Positions 10,509 to 20,320 of a stretch of DNA of 64,000 nucleotides are shown here, one piece after another. Both the position numbers and the translations under genes were made by a program. The stretch spans positions 2,848,001-2,912,000 of the forward strand of contig CBDCTH010000012.1 in the NCBI GenBank assembly GCA_965222155.1, read 5' to 3'. The notes under the pieces were generated by a model. That model had not been told where the DNA came from, did no database searches, and saw nothing but the letters and a program-made list of their open reading frames with translations. Position 1 is the first letter of the stretch. Every line of letters begins with the position of its first letter. The DNA is from Gammaproteobacteria bacterium (GTDB taxonomy: Bacteria > Pseudomonadota > Gammaproteobacteria > Eutrophobiales > Eutrophobiaceae).

Positions 10509-10525
10509 TTTACCAGGAGTGTCCC

Positions 10526-10815
10526 ATGGAAAGAGAGAAAATCGCGTCCTCATTAAGGAAAAAAGGATTTGTCGAGGATATTAAGGGCCGTGACCACCGA
10601 TACTACCATCATCAGGTCAACGGAAAAAGAACAGGAGTACGGACCAAGCTTTCCATGGGCAGTAAATATAAACGTCTCGGAACTCCACTGCTTGCAAAAA
10701 TAAAAAACAATTGAAATTAGACTCTTCCAAAGATCTCGCTGATTTAGTGAATTGCCCTATGACGGAAGATGACTATATCGAAATTCTTAAAGTCAAAGAT
10801 ATACTGAAATTGTAG
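10526..10815 (+). pseudogene. HicA-like toxin, frameshifted at an A6 run (may be a sequencing error)
   Basis: SLRKKGF...GRDHRYY...RTKLSMG. Adding one A at 10702-10707 continues the frame as KQLKLDSSKDLADLVNCPMTEDDYIEILK to TAG at 10815. Confidence 0.6.
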
Positions 10816-11217
10816 AAGTCATGGCTTGAACGACCTTGCCGTGTTGCATTTCGAATGTCACTACAAACTTCAACATATCTGGAATTATTTGTATTATTCC
10901 AACACGACGATCAGCAAATCATCAGTCGGATAAATCGTAGTCAATAGCTTTCACTTCTCACCAAGTGATACGATGATAAATCGCCAAAACAGACGATTTG
11001 CACGGCGTAAACCGCCCGTAGGGTTACTTCCATAGATGGACGCGATGACAAATCGTTGGGATAAACGATCTGTACAACTCCAGGGGCAAGCTTTGTATGT
11101 TGTAAACAGAGCGCACATTAAGCGAAATCCGCAATAACGAGATAGTGAGCAGAATGCCAAAACCCCTTGACAGAAAACACATGTCCGATAGCAACAAATT
11201 ACGGTGAAATAGCTGGG

Positions 11218-12636
11218 CTAGAAAAACACCTGGGTGCGAAATGACAGGTACTCGGGGTCGCCATCGCCGATTCCCCAGTCACAGGTGTCTGCGCCGCCAT
11301 TGTCACAGAATGTTTTGACGTAATTCAGCTTGAACATCATGTTATTGTTGACATACCAGTTCAGCGCGGCGGTGAGTACGTCACCGGAATCAGCGCCGAT
11401 ACCGGCGCCAAGGTCGGTAGAACTGTAGCGCAGGCCCACTTCCCAGCTGCCCCAGCCGCCTCCGCCCAACGGGTCCTTGACCTTGACGCTGGTGAACGCG
11501 CCCCTGTTATAGCGCCGATTCTCCCCGGTGAGAAAATAACTGCCCTGGACGTAATAGCCTTCCATGTCGGTATCTCCGGCAATATCGATACCGTCAAAAT
11601 CACCGTAATAGTATTCCGCGCTGGCCGCAAACGGGCCCCAGACGCCGGCAGCCTCCAGGTTCATTCCCCAGAAATTATCTGCTGCAATGGCGCTGTCAGA
11701 ATCCACAATCCGATCGCCCTCGGATACGCCGGGCCTGACGCGGAACCGGTTCACCGTCCTGTTGGCATAGTGCTTATAGCCGAACGCTGCGCCGGTATGG
11801 ATCAAGCGGTTGCCTGACTGGTTAACCGGTAACCAGGTCACTCGCCCGGTAACCCCCCAACCGTCGTCGAGTTTACGTTCACTGATGGAGTCGGTAGCGC
11901 CGGCGCGTTGGCGCATCAGGTAGAGGCCGCCAGCCAGCGTATGTTTGTCTCCGGCATTCTCCAGGGTAATGCCGGGCGTGCGCCCGCCGATACCGATGGC
12001 CTCCGAGGTAAACAGGTCGGTCGGCACCGCGCGTTCGATAAAGGTAATGTATTTTGAGCTGGTCAGCGCGCTGAGAGAGAACGGCGCCTTGCGCTGGCCG
12101 ACAGTGACATCTGCCGGGTCCCAGGCCTTGTACTTGATGAACGCATCTTCAATGGACATGCTGTTGTCATCGGCGTCCTCCAAGTCGAACTGGAATTTCC
12201 AGTCCCAGTGTTCCCAGGCCGTGCCGGACAGGTAGATACGCGCCCGGCGGAATTGCTGCTCGCTGCTGCCTGCGTTGCCGTCGCTGTCGTTGCCGACCAG
12301 GGTGACATCATGCTGAGCGCGCGCGCCGATGCGAAATTTATGTTCATCAGTCTTGAACTCCAGTTTTCCCGCCGTTGTTATCCGGGGGGAAGGTTTGGCA
12401 GCCGCAACCACTTCAGGCTCCGGCTTGGACGCTGTTTGCGCGGTCTTTTTTTGCCCCTCAGCCAGGGCGGTCTGTCTCAACAGTTCGTATTCCTGCCCGC
12501 TGATACTCCCCTTGTCTCTGAGGATTTTCAACAGTTCCAGCATCGTGCTGTCGGCTGCATGGCTCGGTGCGTTCATCACGACCAGGCCGATTGTAAGTAG
12601 CGCGGCACATAGAAACCTGAAGGTTGCTTTATACAT
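11218..12636 (-). CDS. Phosphate-selective porin, OprO/OprP family
   Basis: Signal peptide; FRRARIYLSG, SSKYITFIER, YYVQGSYFLTGE, GSWEVGLRYS, LNWYVNNN; terminal Phe; Pho-box-like repeats upstream. Confidence 0.88.
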   Translation of the reverse strand: MYKATFRFLCAALLTIGLVVMNAPSHAADSTMLELLKILRDKGSISGQEYELLRQTALAEGQKKTAQTASKPEPEVVAAAKPSPRITTAGKLEFKTDEHKFRIGARAQHDVTLVGNDSDGNAGSSEQQFRRARIYLSGTAWEHWDWKFQFDLEDADDNSMSIEDAFIKYKAWDPADVTVGQRKAPFSLSALTSSKYITFIERAVPTDLFTSEAIGIGGRTPGITLENAGDKHTLAGGLYLMRQRAGATDSISERKLDDGWGVTGRVTWLPVNQSGNRLIHTGAAFGYKHYANRTVNRFRVRPGVSEGDRIVDSDSAIAADNFWGMNLEAAGVWGPFAASAEYYYGDFDGIDIAGDTDMEGYYVQGSYFLTGENRRYNRGAFTSVKVKDPLGGGGWGSWEVGLRYSSTDLGAGIGADSGDVLTAALNWYVNNNMMFKLNYVKTFCDNGGADTCDWGIGDGDPEYLSFRTQVFF

Positions 12637-12713
12637 ATTTGTTCTCCTTGGAACTATAGGAATTTATGCTTGTAGGCAGGTGCGACATCTCCTGAATAGA
12701 GTGCGCGAAATAA

Positions 12714-12752
12714 GTTACATTATTGTTAATTCTGGGTGATCATTCTGTTACA
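12714..12752 (-). promoter_or_regulatory. Tandem Pho-box-like repeats upstream of the porin
   Basis: Minus-strand TGTAAC / GATCAC / ATTAAC / TGTAAC half-sites at exact 11-bp spacing. Confidence 0.6.
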
Positions 12753-12793
12753 ACACGCAAGGACAGCGGTACTTGCCATAACCCCGGGCAGGT

Positions 12794-13612
12794 TCAGAAC
12801 CCCCGGTGTTCCTTGATGCATTCGTAGGCCTGGCGGATCTCGTGTGTCTTCTGGGTGGCTATTTTCATCATTTCCTCGGGCAGTCCTTTCGACACCAGTT
12901 TGTCCGGGTGGTGCTGGCTGATCAGGCGGCGGTAGGCTTTTTTTACTTCGGCATCGCCGGCGTTTTCCTGTATGTCCAATACTGCATAGGCGTCATCCAG
13001 CGTGATGCGGCCATCGCCCTGGCGGCGGCGGTGCAGCTCGGCGGTAACCGATGCCAGGATGGATTCCAGCTCATACCCGGAGAAACCTATTTCATCACAA
13101 ACCAGGTGCAGCACGCGGTTTTCCGCGGGGTGCAGGGCCCCGTCGGCGTAGGCGGCATAACAGAGTATTTCAACGAACATCCGCTGCAGGGTAGTGCGCC
13201 GGCCGATTTCCCGTTGGAACTGGGAGAGGACGGCGTAGATGTCGAAACTCTCTTCCTTGCCTTCATTGAATAAGGCTTTGGCCGCGGCGCGCTGTTGCAG
13301 CGAAAGGTCCATATCCTCCATGACGCGGGCGGCCAGGCGGATTTCGTCTTTAGTGACTTTGCCGTCCGCCTTGCTGATGTGGCCCATCACGGAGAAGATG
13401 GCGGTAAAAAAGGCTGCTTGCACGCGGTACTGGTGGCCGCGCGGGAGGTCGCCGGACTGTCTGCTGCTACGGCGCCTGCCACCCGGTTGTTCGAAGTTGC
13501 CGGTTACGCCCCTGTCGAAATTACGCCCGACTGCCGCGCCCAGCACCGCGCCGAGCGGCCCACCCAGCATAAAGCCGAATGCGCCGCCGGCAAGGGTTCC
13601 CCACCATGACAT
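12794..13612 (-). CDS. djlA: Co-chaperone DjlA
   Basis: N-terminal GGAFGFMLGGPLGA membrane anchor, TerB-like KADG domain, C-terminal J domain HHPDKL..KGLPEEM. Confidence 0.95.
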   Translation of the reverse strand: MSWWGTLAGGAFGFMLGGPLGAVLGAAVGRNFDRGVTGNFEQPGGRRRSSRQSGDLPRGHQYRVQAAFFTAIFSVMGHISKADGKVTKDEIRLAARVMEDMDLSLQQRAAAKALFNEGKEESFDIYAVLSQFQREIGRRTTLQRMFVEILCYAAYADGALHPAENRVLHLVCDEIGFSGYELESILASVTAELHRRRQGDGRITLDDAYAVLDIQENAGDAEVKKAYRRLISQHHPDKLVSKGLPEEMMKIATQKTHEIRQAYECIKEHRGF

Positions 13613-13679
13613 TAGCTGGCTACCTTTTTCATGTTCATTTAATATTAAAGCAATATAATCTTAACGATTGTTTCTATTC

Positions 13680-14207
13680 TCATACGTTATGATGCGCTAT
13701 TATTTCTCCTGGTCGCGCCAGGTGCAGCAGTTCGCCTGCTGCGGCTGTGCTCATGGACCCTGCGTCGGCAAACCCGAGCACCGCAAGCGCCGCGGTGGTC
13801 ATCAGTTTACCCGTCTCCGTCAAGGGCGGTTGAGTCCTGCATAGGAAATATAATAATTCATCCATACCCGGATTATGTCCCGTAATCATGAGATTAGCGC
13901 AACCTTGGCTGTATTGTTCAATCAGGCCAAGCAACGCGCCCAGCGACGCGCCATAAATGCCATCTTCATATACAATGCTCCCGACACCCAGTTCGTTATT
14001 GACCGCTGCCAGGGTTTCCCGGGTACGCAACGCCGGTGAACACAGGATGAGGTCCGGGATGATGGCGTTTTTTTTCATCCATTCGCCCATGCGGGGCGCA
14101 TCCTTACGGCCCCGTGGAGCCAGGGGCCGCTCAAAATCACCCCGTGCGCCACTGTCCCAGTCGGACTTGGCGTGTCGCAGCAGGATTAAACGGGCTTCTT
14201 TCAGCAT
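13680..14207 (-). CDS. sixA: Phosphohistidine phosphatase SixA family
   Basis: LILLRHAKS, ERPL..RG, CSPALRTRET, GHNPG. Start placed at ATG 14207. Confidence 0.85.
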   Translation of the reverse strand: MLKEARLILLRHAKSDWDSGARGDFERPLAPRGRKDAPRMGEWMKKNAIIPDLILCSPALRTRETLAAVNNELGVGSIVYEDGIYGASLGALLGLIEQYSQGCANLMITGHNPGMDELLYFLCRTQPPLTETGKLMTTAALAVLGFADAGSMSTAAAGELLHLARPGEIIAHHNV

Positions 14208-14252
14208 CAACCTACGTGAGAAATACCGGACAGGTGACTGGGATTGTACAAC

Positions 14253-15746
14253 ATGAGTTCCCCGATGAGTGAAACTTTTGCAGCCGTTGACCTGGGGTCC
14301 AACAGTTTTCACATGGTGGTGGCAAAATTCGAGGATGGCCAGGTGCGTATTATCGACCGGCTCAAGGATATGGTGCGCATAGCTTCCGGACTGGACAGCA
14401 ACAACAACCTGACGGAAGAGGCAATGGAGCGGGCGTTACTGTCCCTGCGCCAGTTTGGTCAACGTATCAGGGAAATCCCCAGGACCAACGTGAAAGCAGT
14501 GGGCACCAATACCTTGCGCCAGGCGCGCAATGGCAAGGATTTCCTCCGGCAGGCGCGTTTGGCGCTGGGCCATAATATTGACATCATATCCGGCCAGGAA
14601 GAGGCCAGGCTGGTATTTATCGGTGTGGCGCACACGTTTTATAACGATGACGGCGCCAGCCTGGTGATTGATATCGGTGGCGGCAGCACCGAGATCATAA
14701 TCGGCAAAGGGTTCCAGCCCAAAGTAGCCGAAAGCCTGTATATGGGTTGTGTCAACGTCAGCCGGCGCTTCTTCGCCGACGGCAGCATCAGCGACCGGCG
14801 CATGCGCGAGGCCGTGTTATTTGCCCGCACCGAACTCGAAACCATCGAAGCCCGGTATCGGCGCATCGGCTGGGATACCGTCCTGGGTTCATCGGGCACG
14901 ACCTGGGCCGTTGCCGATATTGCCGTGGCTCAGGGCTGGAGTGAGGGAGGCATCACCCGGGACGCGGTGGAACAGCTGCGCAACCGGCTTATCGGCGCGG
15001 GCCATTATGACAGGCTCTACCTGGAAGGGTTGTCGGAACGCAGGAAACCGGTTATTGCCGGCGGCCTCGCCATCCTCAGCGCCATCATTGAGGCGCTCGA
15101 CCTGGACCATATCCAGATCTGCGAAGGCGCACTGCGTGAAGGGATAATTTATGAACTCGTCGGCAGATACCAGAATAAGGATATACGCAACACGACCGTA
15201 GCAGACATCGCGGTCCGTTACGGCGTGGACCGGGAACAAGCCGATAAAGTGGCTAAAACCGCGGCAACATTGTTTGACCAGGCGCGCGAGCACTGGCGCT
15301 TAGACGACTCTGATCGGGACACGCTGCTGTGGTCGGCGCAACTGCATGAAATCGGGCTGGCAATCGCCCATGCTCAATATCACCACCACGGCGCCTACCT
15401 GTTGTCCAACTCCGATATGCCGGGTTTCTCACGCCAGGAACAACAAAACCTGTCCTTGCTGGTACGCGCCCACAGACGGAAATTTCCCGCCCTGGAATTC
15501 GACCAGGCAGACCCGGACAACCGCGAGAAAGTGCTGCGCCTCGCCATCCTGCTCAGGTTATCCTGTGTCATGAACAGGAGCCGCTCTTACACGGCGCCAC
15601 CCAAAATCAAGGCTGTGGCCAATACAAACGGCCTGTCACTGAAGTTCCCTGATGTCTGGCTGGACAACCATGCCCTGACCCGGGCTGACCTGGAAATTGA
15701 AGCGGGATACCTGGAGGTTGTTGATTTTAGGCTAGGATTTGGTTGA
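14253..15746 (+). CDS. ppx: Exopolyphosphatase Ppx/GppA
   Basis: AVDLGSNSFH, GTNTLRQA, ISGQEEARL, DIGGGSTE, GALREG, LHEIG. Confidence 0.95.
   Translation: MSSPMSETFAAVDLGSNSFHMVVAKFEDGQVRIIDRLKDMVRIASGLDSNNNLTEEAMERALLSLRQFGQRIREIPRTNVKAVGTNTLRQARNGKDFLRQARLALGHNIDIISGQEEARLVFIGVAHTFYNDDGASLVIDIGGGSTEIIIGKGFQPKVAESLYMGCVNVSRRFFADGSISDRRMREAVLFARTELETIEARYRRIGWDTVLGSSGTTWAVADIAVAQGWSEGGITRDAVEQLRNRLIGAGHYDRLYLEGLSERRKPVIAGGLAILSAIIEALDLDHIQICEGALREGIIYELVGRYQNKDIRNTTVADIAVRYGVDREQADKVAKTAATLFDQAREHWRLDDSDRDTLLWSAQLHEIGLAIAHAQYHHHGAYLLSNSDMPGFSRQEQQNLSLLVRAHRRKFPALEFDQADPDNREKVLRLAILLRLSCVMNRSRSYTAPPKIKAVANTNGLSLKFPDVWLDNHALTRADLEIEAGYLEVVDFRLGFG
15627..15746 (+). repeat. Last 120 bp of ppx, duplicated at 26532-26601 + 28691-28740
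   Basis: Gap-free codon alignment, about 85/120 nt identical by hand count. Confidence 0.8.
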
Positions 15747-15834
15747 AATGGCCCCTTGGCGGGTTCCGAGGGCGAAAATACGGCGCTCAGCAAAAGCTAC
15801 AACTAAATATAAGAATCTTTTGATTATGGAAAAA

Positions 15835-17754
15835 TCACCACTCGCTCAACCCCCATAAATTTGTACCAACTGCGACCAAACGCTCATTCCCATGTATCTG
15901 CATGTTTTCTGCAACTCCCCTTATTTCAGACAAACGTCGCTTCAATTCTTGACTACTTAGAGGTTCACCTGCTTCCTCCAATATCTGAATAAAAGAGTCA
16001 ATCGTTTCGATTCGATCGCCAGCCGTCATTCCAGAATCTGCTCTTGCCCAAACCATACGGTTTAAAAAAGTAATTTTTGAAGAACGTGCAATGCACATAC
16101 GTAACACGTAGTGGTCTAGCTCTTCCAGAACACCAGGGAACTGAGTGGTCAACTGTTCGATGATTTCTTCGGAATGCCACTGCTTATTGATAGGAGCTTG
16201 ATAAAGCATATGCTCTACTACGCGGCAAATACTTTGACGTTTGGAAGCGGGCAACGGGCAATGATCGATCAACCCATAAGTACCCCGATCAAACGGCCAA
16301 ACACTCTCTCTTATAAGAGCATTATGAGCTGTTCGTTCATCTACCTCTTTACCCAATAATTCACTTGCCCTTTTAGCAATTTCAGTAAAATGCAACGGAC
16401 CTTCTGCTTGAGCAAGAACTGCAGTCACCGCTGATTCTGCCGATTTCCCAAAGGCAATTAATAATGCTTGCGAGTCTTCGTCTTCGTATTGTAGAAACTC
16501 ATCGAATATTTCATGCAAAAGAGGAACCAATTCCCGTGAACTGTATTCGGACAAACTAGTTTCTATATATTGTTTGATATCGCTTCGCCCCCACTGCTTT
16601 TCTTCAGCTTTTTGTTTTAATCTAGCGCGAAGCTCACGTACTAAAACATCCCATTCATTTTGGTTGATTCTTGTTACAACATTTCTCCCGGCTGCTGTGA
16701 TAACACAGACTGCATTTTTTGAAAATAACTGTATCGTTTGGGCAAGGTAAACATAGTTGTCCTCAAATCCTTTAAACCACGTATCTTCAATCTCCAACAG
16801 TTCCAAAATAAGTGGTTCTTCTCGGTCCAGTAATAGCTGTCCGATACGGATGCCAATCATATCGTCCCAGTATTCCTGGGCAATAATACGATTAACGTAT
16901 TTTGTTTGGCGTTGTCTTACCCGTTCTCGAGTTACATCAAGTATTTCGCCAATTTCTTCTAATGTTAGAAGTTTTCCTTTATGCCCAAGACGTCCCTGCA
17001 ATACAATTCTGTCCACTTCATCTAACTCATCTAACGTCCTTTCCAGATGTGTTATCAAGGGCAATTGCGCCACATGAGAATTCAAACGAACCAAATAGCT
17101 TTTATCAATTGTGTCTTCTGGCGTTACACCTAAGCCATCTGGCGGCCAGCTTTCCAATTTTGTCCCCAATGACAAGCCGTACGCGGTCAGTGCATCCTTA
17201 ATTTCTTTCAAGGACGTTTTACCCAGATTGGGCATTTTTAATAACTCAACTTCCGTACATTGAACCAGTTCGCCAATATAACGAATGCTGTTTGCTCCCA
17301 TGCAATGTGTGGAACGTACAGACAACTTCAAATCAGCTATCGGACGTAACAAATTTAGGTCAACTTCTGGCTCCGGCTCATCAACTGGATGTAACTGGAC
17401 CAAGTCTACTTCCGGTTCTTCAATCTCATAACCCCACTGATTTAGAGCCAGATAGCAGGGTGTTACTGCCTCATTCAGCTTGATATGTGTAATTACATTT
17501 ACGCTATTTTTGTATACTTCGGGCAGTGCCCATTTCACCGCGCCTGAATACAGCACTTTGCCTGAAGTATTCTCTGGAAGCTCAATGTGATTATTAACTT
17601 GAGGTCTTGTAAAACCGCAGTGGATGATGGCAGTCTTAGCCGCGTCAGACCGTCTATTCCATACTTGTTGCAAACTATCTAATTCACGAACGGTGACAAT
17701 TTCTTCGACCTGATTGTTTTTAACTACAATCAGGTAAAGTTTAAGCGCGGACAT
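15835..17754 (-). CDS. Protein with an RNA polymerase alpha-CTD domain, a sigma70 region 4 HTH and C-terminal winged-helix-like repeats
   Basis: aa ~131-207 [15 protein letters not shown]...[33 protein letters not shown]...LSLG..LESWPP parallels RpoA CTD; aa ~240-290 [18 protein letters not shown] is sigma region 4; starts 2 nt after the upstream stop. Confidence 0.85.
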   Translation of the reverse strand: MSALKLYLIVVKNNQVEEIVTVRELDSLQQVWNRRSDAAKTAIIHCGFTRPQVNNHIELPENTSGKVLYSGAVKWALPEVYKNSVNVITHIKLNEAVTPCYLALNQWGYEIEEPEVDLVQLHPVDEPEPEVDLNLLRPIADLKLSVRSTHCMGANSIRYIGELVQCTEVELLKMPNLGKTSLKEIKDALTAYGLSLGTKLESWPPDGLGVTPEDTIDKSYLVRLNSHVAQLPLITHLERTLDELDEVDRIVLQGRLGHKGKLLTLEEIGEILDVTRERVRQRQTKYVNRIIAQEYWDDMIGIRIGQLLLDREEPLILELLEIEDTWFKGFEDNYVYLAQTIQLFSKNAVCVITAAGRNVVTRINQNEWDVLVRELRARLKQKAEEKQWGRSDIKQYIETSLSEYSSRELVPLLHEIFDEFLQYEDEDSQALLIAFGKSAESAVTAVLAQAEGPLHFTEIAKRASELLGKEVDERTAHNALIRESVWPFDRGTYGLIDHCPLPASKRQSICRVVEHMLYQAPINKQWHSEEIIEQLTTQFPGVLEELDHYVLRMCIARSSKITFLNRMVWARADSGMTAGDRIETIDSFIQILEEAGEPLSSQELKRRLSEIRGVAENMQIHGNERLVAVGTNLWGLSEW

Positions 17755-17756
17755 AA

Positions 17757-18131
17757 CTAATCCAATAACTTATCCCAGGGTAGCTTGCCCATGTTTTTAT
17801 CATAAGCATCATAAAAATCCCGAATACCCTGCTCTCCGAAACGCTCAACTATATGATAAATTGCTTCACCCTGCTTCTGTAAATTTGCTGCATCAACAGC
17901 AAAAAACAATGCCTTATCCGGGTCTAACTCACCCACACGAAATGCATTATCGGTTTTCTCTGATAAAGGCTCAGGTGTTATGCCCTTCTTTACCCCCAAA
18001 GCTACAGCTAGGCGATATAAATCGAATTTGATCAAAGTTTGTCCGCTGGCTTCACTATTCAGAGAATCAAGCATTTCATCAAGGTAAGCATTCGCTTGTT
18101 TGGTTAAACCGATTCGTGGCGGCTCTGCCAT
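17757..18131 (-). CDS. pbeD: Small protein, probable PbeD
   Basis: 124 aa, directly after the SMC-like ATPase. Assigned mainly by position and size in a dndCDE-pbeABCD layout. Confidence 0.55.
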   Translation of the reverse strand: MAEPPRIGLTKQANAYLDEMLDSLNSEASGQTLIKFDLYRLAVALGVKKGITPEPLSEKTDNAFRVGELDPDKALFFAVDAANLQKQGEAIYHIVERFGEQGIRDFYDAYDKNMGKLPWDKLLD

Positions 18132-20117
18132 TTACATCACCCTATCAATACGAGATTGCGTCGCGGAAACACGTTTGATTTCATAGCGCGCACCAATGCG
18201 CGAGGCAAAAACTTCCGTATCTTGCTTTGCATGAAGCTCACCTTCGTGTACTAACAATACAACCTGTTCAGACATATCAGGCAGGTACTGCAGAATATTT
18301 TTGCGGTGTTTGGGGTCTAATCGCCCTAAAGGGGTATCCATAACAATTGGTGCCTTCGTACCTGAAGTTTTATTAAGACCATCAATTAACGACAGCGCCA
18401 CGACCTGCTCTGCACCGGCACTGCGTTCATTTAGTATTCGCCCCCCTTGGTCCAAAATAGACAAACCATAACTTGGGTTAATTTTCAGATCCGAATAAGT
18501 TTTTTCCGTGGTTATTTGTTTAAAAGCTTTTGTGGCATGAGCTTGGACATCATCTTTTAATTTAAGACGTAGTTGATCGATGCCTTTAGCAAAGATCGTC
18601 TCTAATTGTTGCAATCTGTCTACACGCTGATTACTAACAGAACTTTGAACTCCCCCAAGCTTGGCTATTAATTGAGATATTTTTGCTTGCGTTTCAATAT
18701 TTTTTTCCCTTTTTTTATCCGCTTCTTCAATCCCAACCTCAACTTTAGCTAATAACTTCGACCAGCTTTCGCGTTTTTCTCGTTTCCGCATGATTTCCTC
18801 TGTATCAAAACCCTTTATTTCTTCTTCGATATCATTTCGCTTATTTTCAATAGCCATCAAATTTACTTTTTTCTGTGTGACCTTCCCCATATTAGCAATT
18901 ATTCGAGTGACCTCATTTTCTGAGCGTATACCTTCAAGATTATCAATAGTTTTATTGATTTCCGTTAGCTTATTAAAATCTACACTTTTGCCTGACTCCT
19001 TAGCCAGCAATTTGTTTAATTTTTGCTGTAATGGCAGCCTGATACTGTCGGGTATATCCTGCCCACAGGTATTACAAACTTCTTTATCTTCAAGAGACTT
19101 CTTCAATCCATCTATCTCGCCCTGCAGACTGATAGACTCACGCATAATCTGTTGATGCTTTTCGCGGTTTTCTTTCAAGTCGTTAACTATGGCTTGAACA
19201 CTATTAGCTAATACATCCTTCCAAACTGTTTGTAATAATTTATGGGTGTCATCATTGGCTTGTTTAATTTCGTCTTCAAAATTCTTTTGTTGAGCAGCTA
19301 ACCTGATAAGCTCCATTTTTTTATTTTGTACTACTTCTGTGTTTTTCAAAAAGTCGTCGAGATTATCAATTTTTTCCTGAAAATCTTCTTTTTGAGAATT
19401 TAAGTCTCTAAGGTCATTCTCTATGCTTTCCAGTTTGATCTCGTGATTTTGTTGATCTTGCGCGAACTTACGCAGGTCTTCATATTTTTGAGCATCTTTA
19501 CGTTGGGCAGTACGTGCGTACTTCAACAATTCCCGTAATTCATCTCTCGCATGCACTAATGCTGGAACACCCAATACAGATTCGATATGTTCCTTAATTT
19601 TCTTGCCTTGTTCACTTTCTTCGATTAAAAGGTTTTCATATTCCTGTAATAACTCGCCATCAAATAAAAAAAAGCGTGATACTTCTCTTGGCATTATCTG
19701 GTTAATTTCATTATTGATTGCATCACCTATTATGGGAGTTCCGTCGATTCTTAGGCCAATGACCTCCCTAAAATCGGCATTGTTCCTAGCTTTTGATGTG
19801 TTTTCAAGCTTCTCAATCTTGCGCTCTAGCTGATAGCTTCTTCCATCGTGATTAAAATATAAGGAAACAGACATTGTCCAATCTCCCTCATCTGTGGCAT
19901 CACGATTGACCAGATTTAACCTGGGAATTTCACGTAGGTGACGACCTAGAGCAACCCCGTAAAACCCCCAGCGGATTGCATTTAAGAAACTTGTTTTTCC
20001 CCGCATATTATCGCCAAAGAGCAACATCACATTTTGTGTTTCATGCTGGGGAAACTCGATTTCCTGTTTGCCCTTGAAGGGCATAAAATTATGGAAAATT
20101 ACTTTTTTTACTTTCAT
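18132..20117 (-). CDS. pbeC: SMC/Rad50-like AAA ATPase, probable PbeC
   Basis: Walker A GDNMRGKTS, FFLFDGE, long coiled coil with zinc-hook-like CNTC, signature SAGAEQ, Walker B/D-loop MDTPLGRLD. Confidence 0.75.
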   Translation of the reverse strand: MKVKKVIFHNFMPFKGKQEIEFPQHETQNVMLLFGDNMRGKTSFLNAIRWGFYGVALGRHLREIPRLNLVNRDATDEGDWTMSVSLYFNHDGRSYQLERKIEKLENTSKARNNADFREVIGLRIDGTPIIGDAINNEINQIMPREVSRFFLFDGELLQEYENLLIEESEQGKKIKEHIESVLGVPALVHARDELRELLKYARTAQRKDAQKYEDLRKFAQDQQNHEIKLESIENDLRDLNSQKEDFQEKIDNLDDFLKNTEVVQNKKMELIRLAAQQKNFEDEIKQANDDTHKLLQTVWKDVLANSVQAIVNDLKENREKHQQIMRESISLQGEIDGLKKSLEDKEVCNTCGQDIPDSIRLPLQQKLNKLLAKESGKSVDFNKLTEINKTIDNLEGIRSENEVTRIIANMGKVTQKKVNLMAIENKRNDIEEEIKGFDTEEIMRKREKRESWSKLLAKVEVGIEEADKKREKNIETQAKISQLIAKLGGVQSSVSNQRVDRLQQLETIFAKGIDQLRLKLKDDVQAHATKAFKQITTEKTYSDLKINPSYGLSILDQGGRILNERSAGAEQVVALSLIDGLNKTSGTKAPIVMDTPLGRLDPKHRKNILQYLPDMSEQVVLLVHEGELHAKQDTEVFASRIGARYEIKRVSATQSRIDRVM

Positions 20118-20122
20118 AACAA

Positions 20123-20320
20123 CTACCGGCCGTCATTTTTATTAAGACTGGCCTCAACTAGTTCTCGCATTCTTTCGACTGTATTACGACTTGGATCAAA
20201 CTGGTGTTTTTTTTGTAGTTCATAACATTGCTTTATAAGTTGATCATCAACATCTAATCCCTCACGTCCTTTAATATTCAGCAAAAGGGCAATGATATTG
20301 CTTGACTCAGACATCGCCAT
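20123..20320 (-). CDS. pbeB: Small protein, probable PbeB
   Basis: 65 aa, overlaps the helicase end and sits just before the ATPase. Assigned by position and size. Confidence 0.55.
   Translation of the reverse strand: MAMSESSNIIALLLNIKGREGLDVDDQLIKQCYELQKKHQFDPSRNTVERMRELVEASLNKNDGR

Noticed and set aside
10820-11200. Short ORFs between the HicA-like gene and the porin
   Set aside because: No recognisable motifs or convincing RBS.
15835-17754. A true rpoA or sigma factor gene
   Set aside because: Lacks the alpha N-terminal assembly domain and sigma regions 2/3; only alpha-CTD and region 4 are present.
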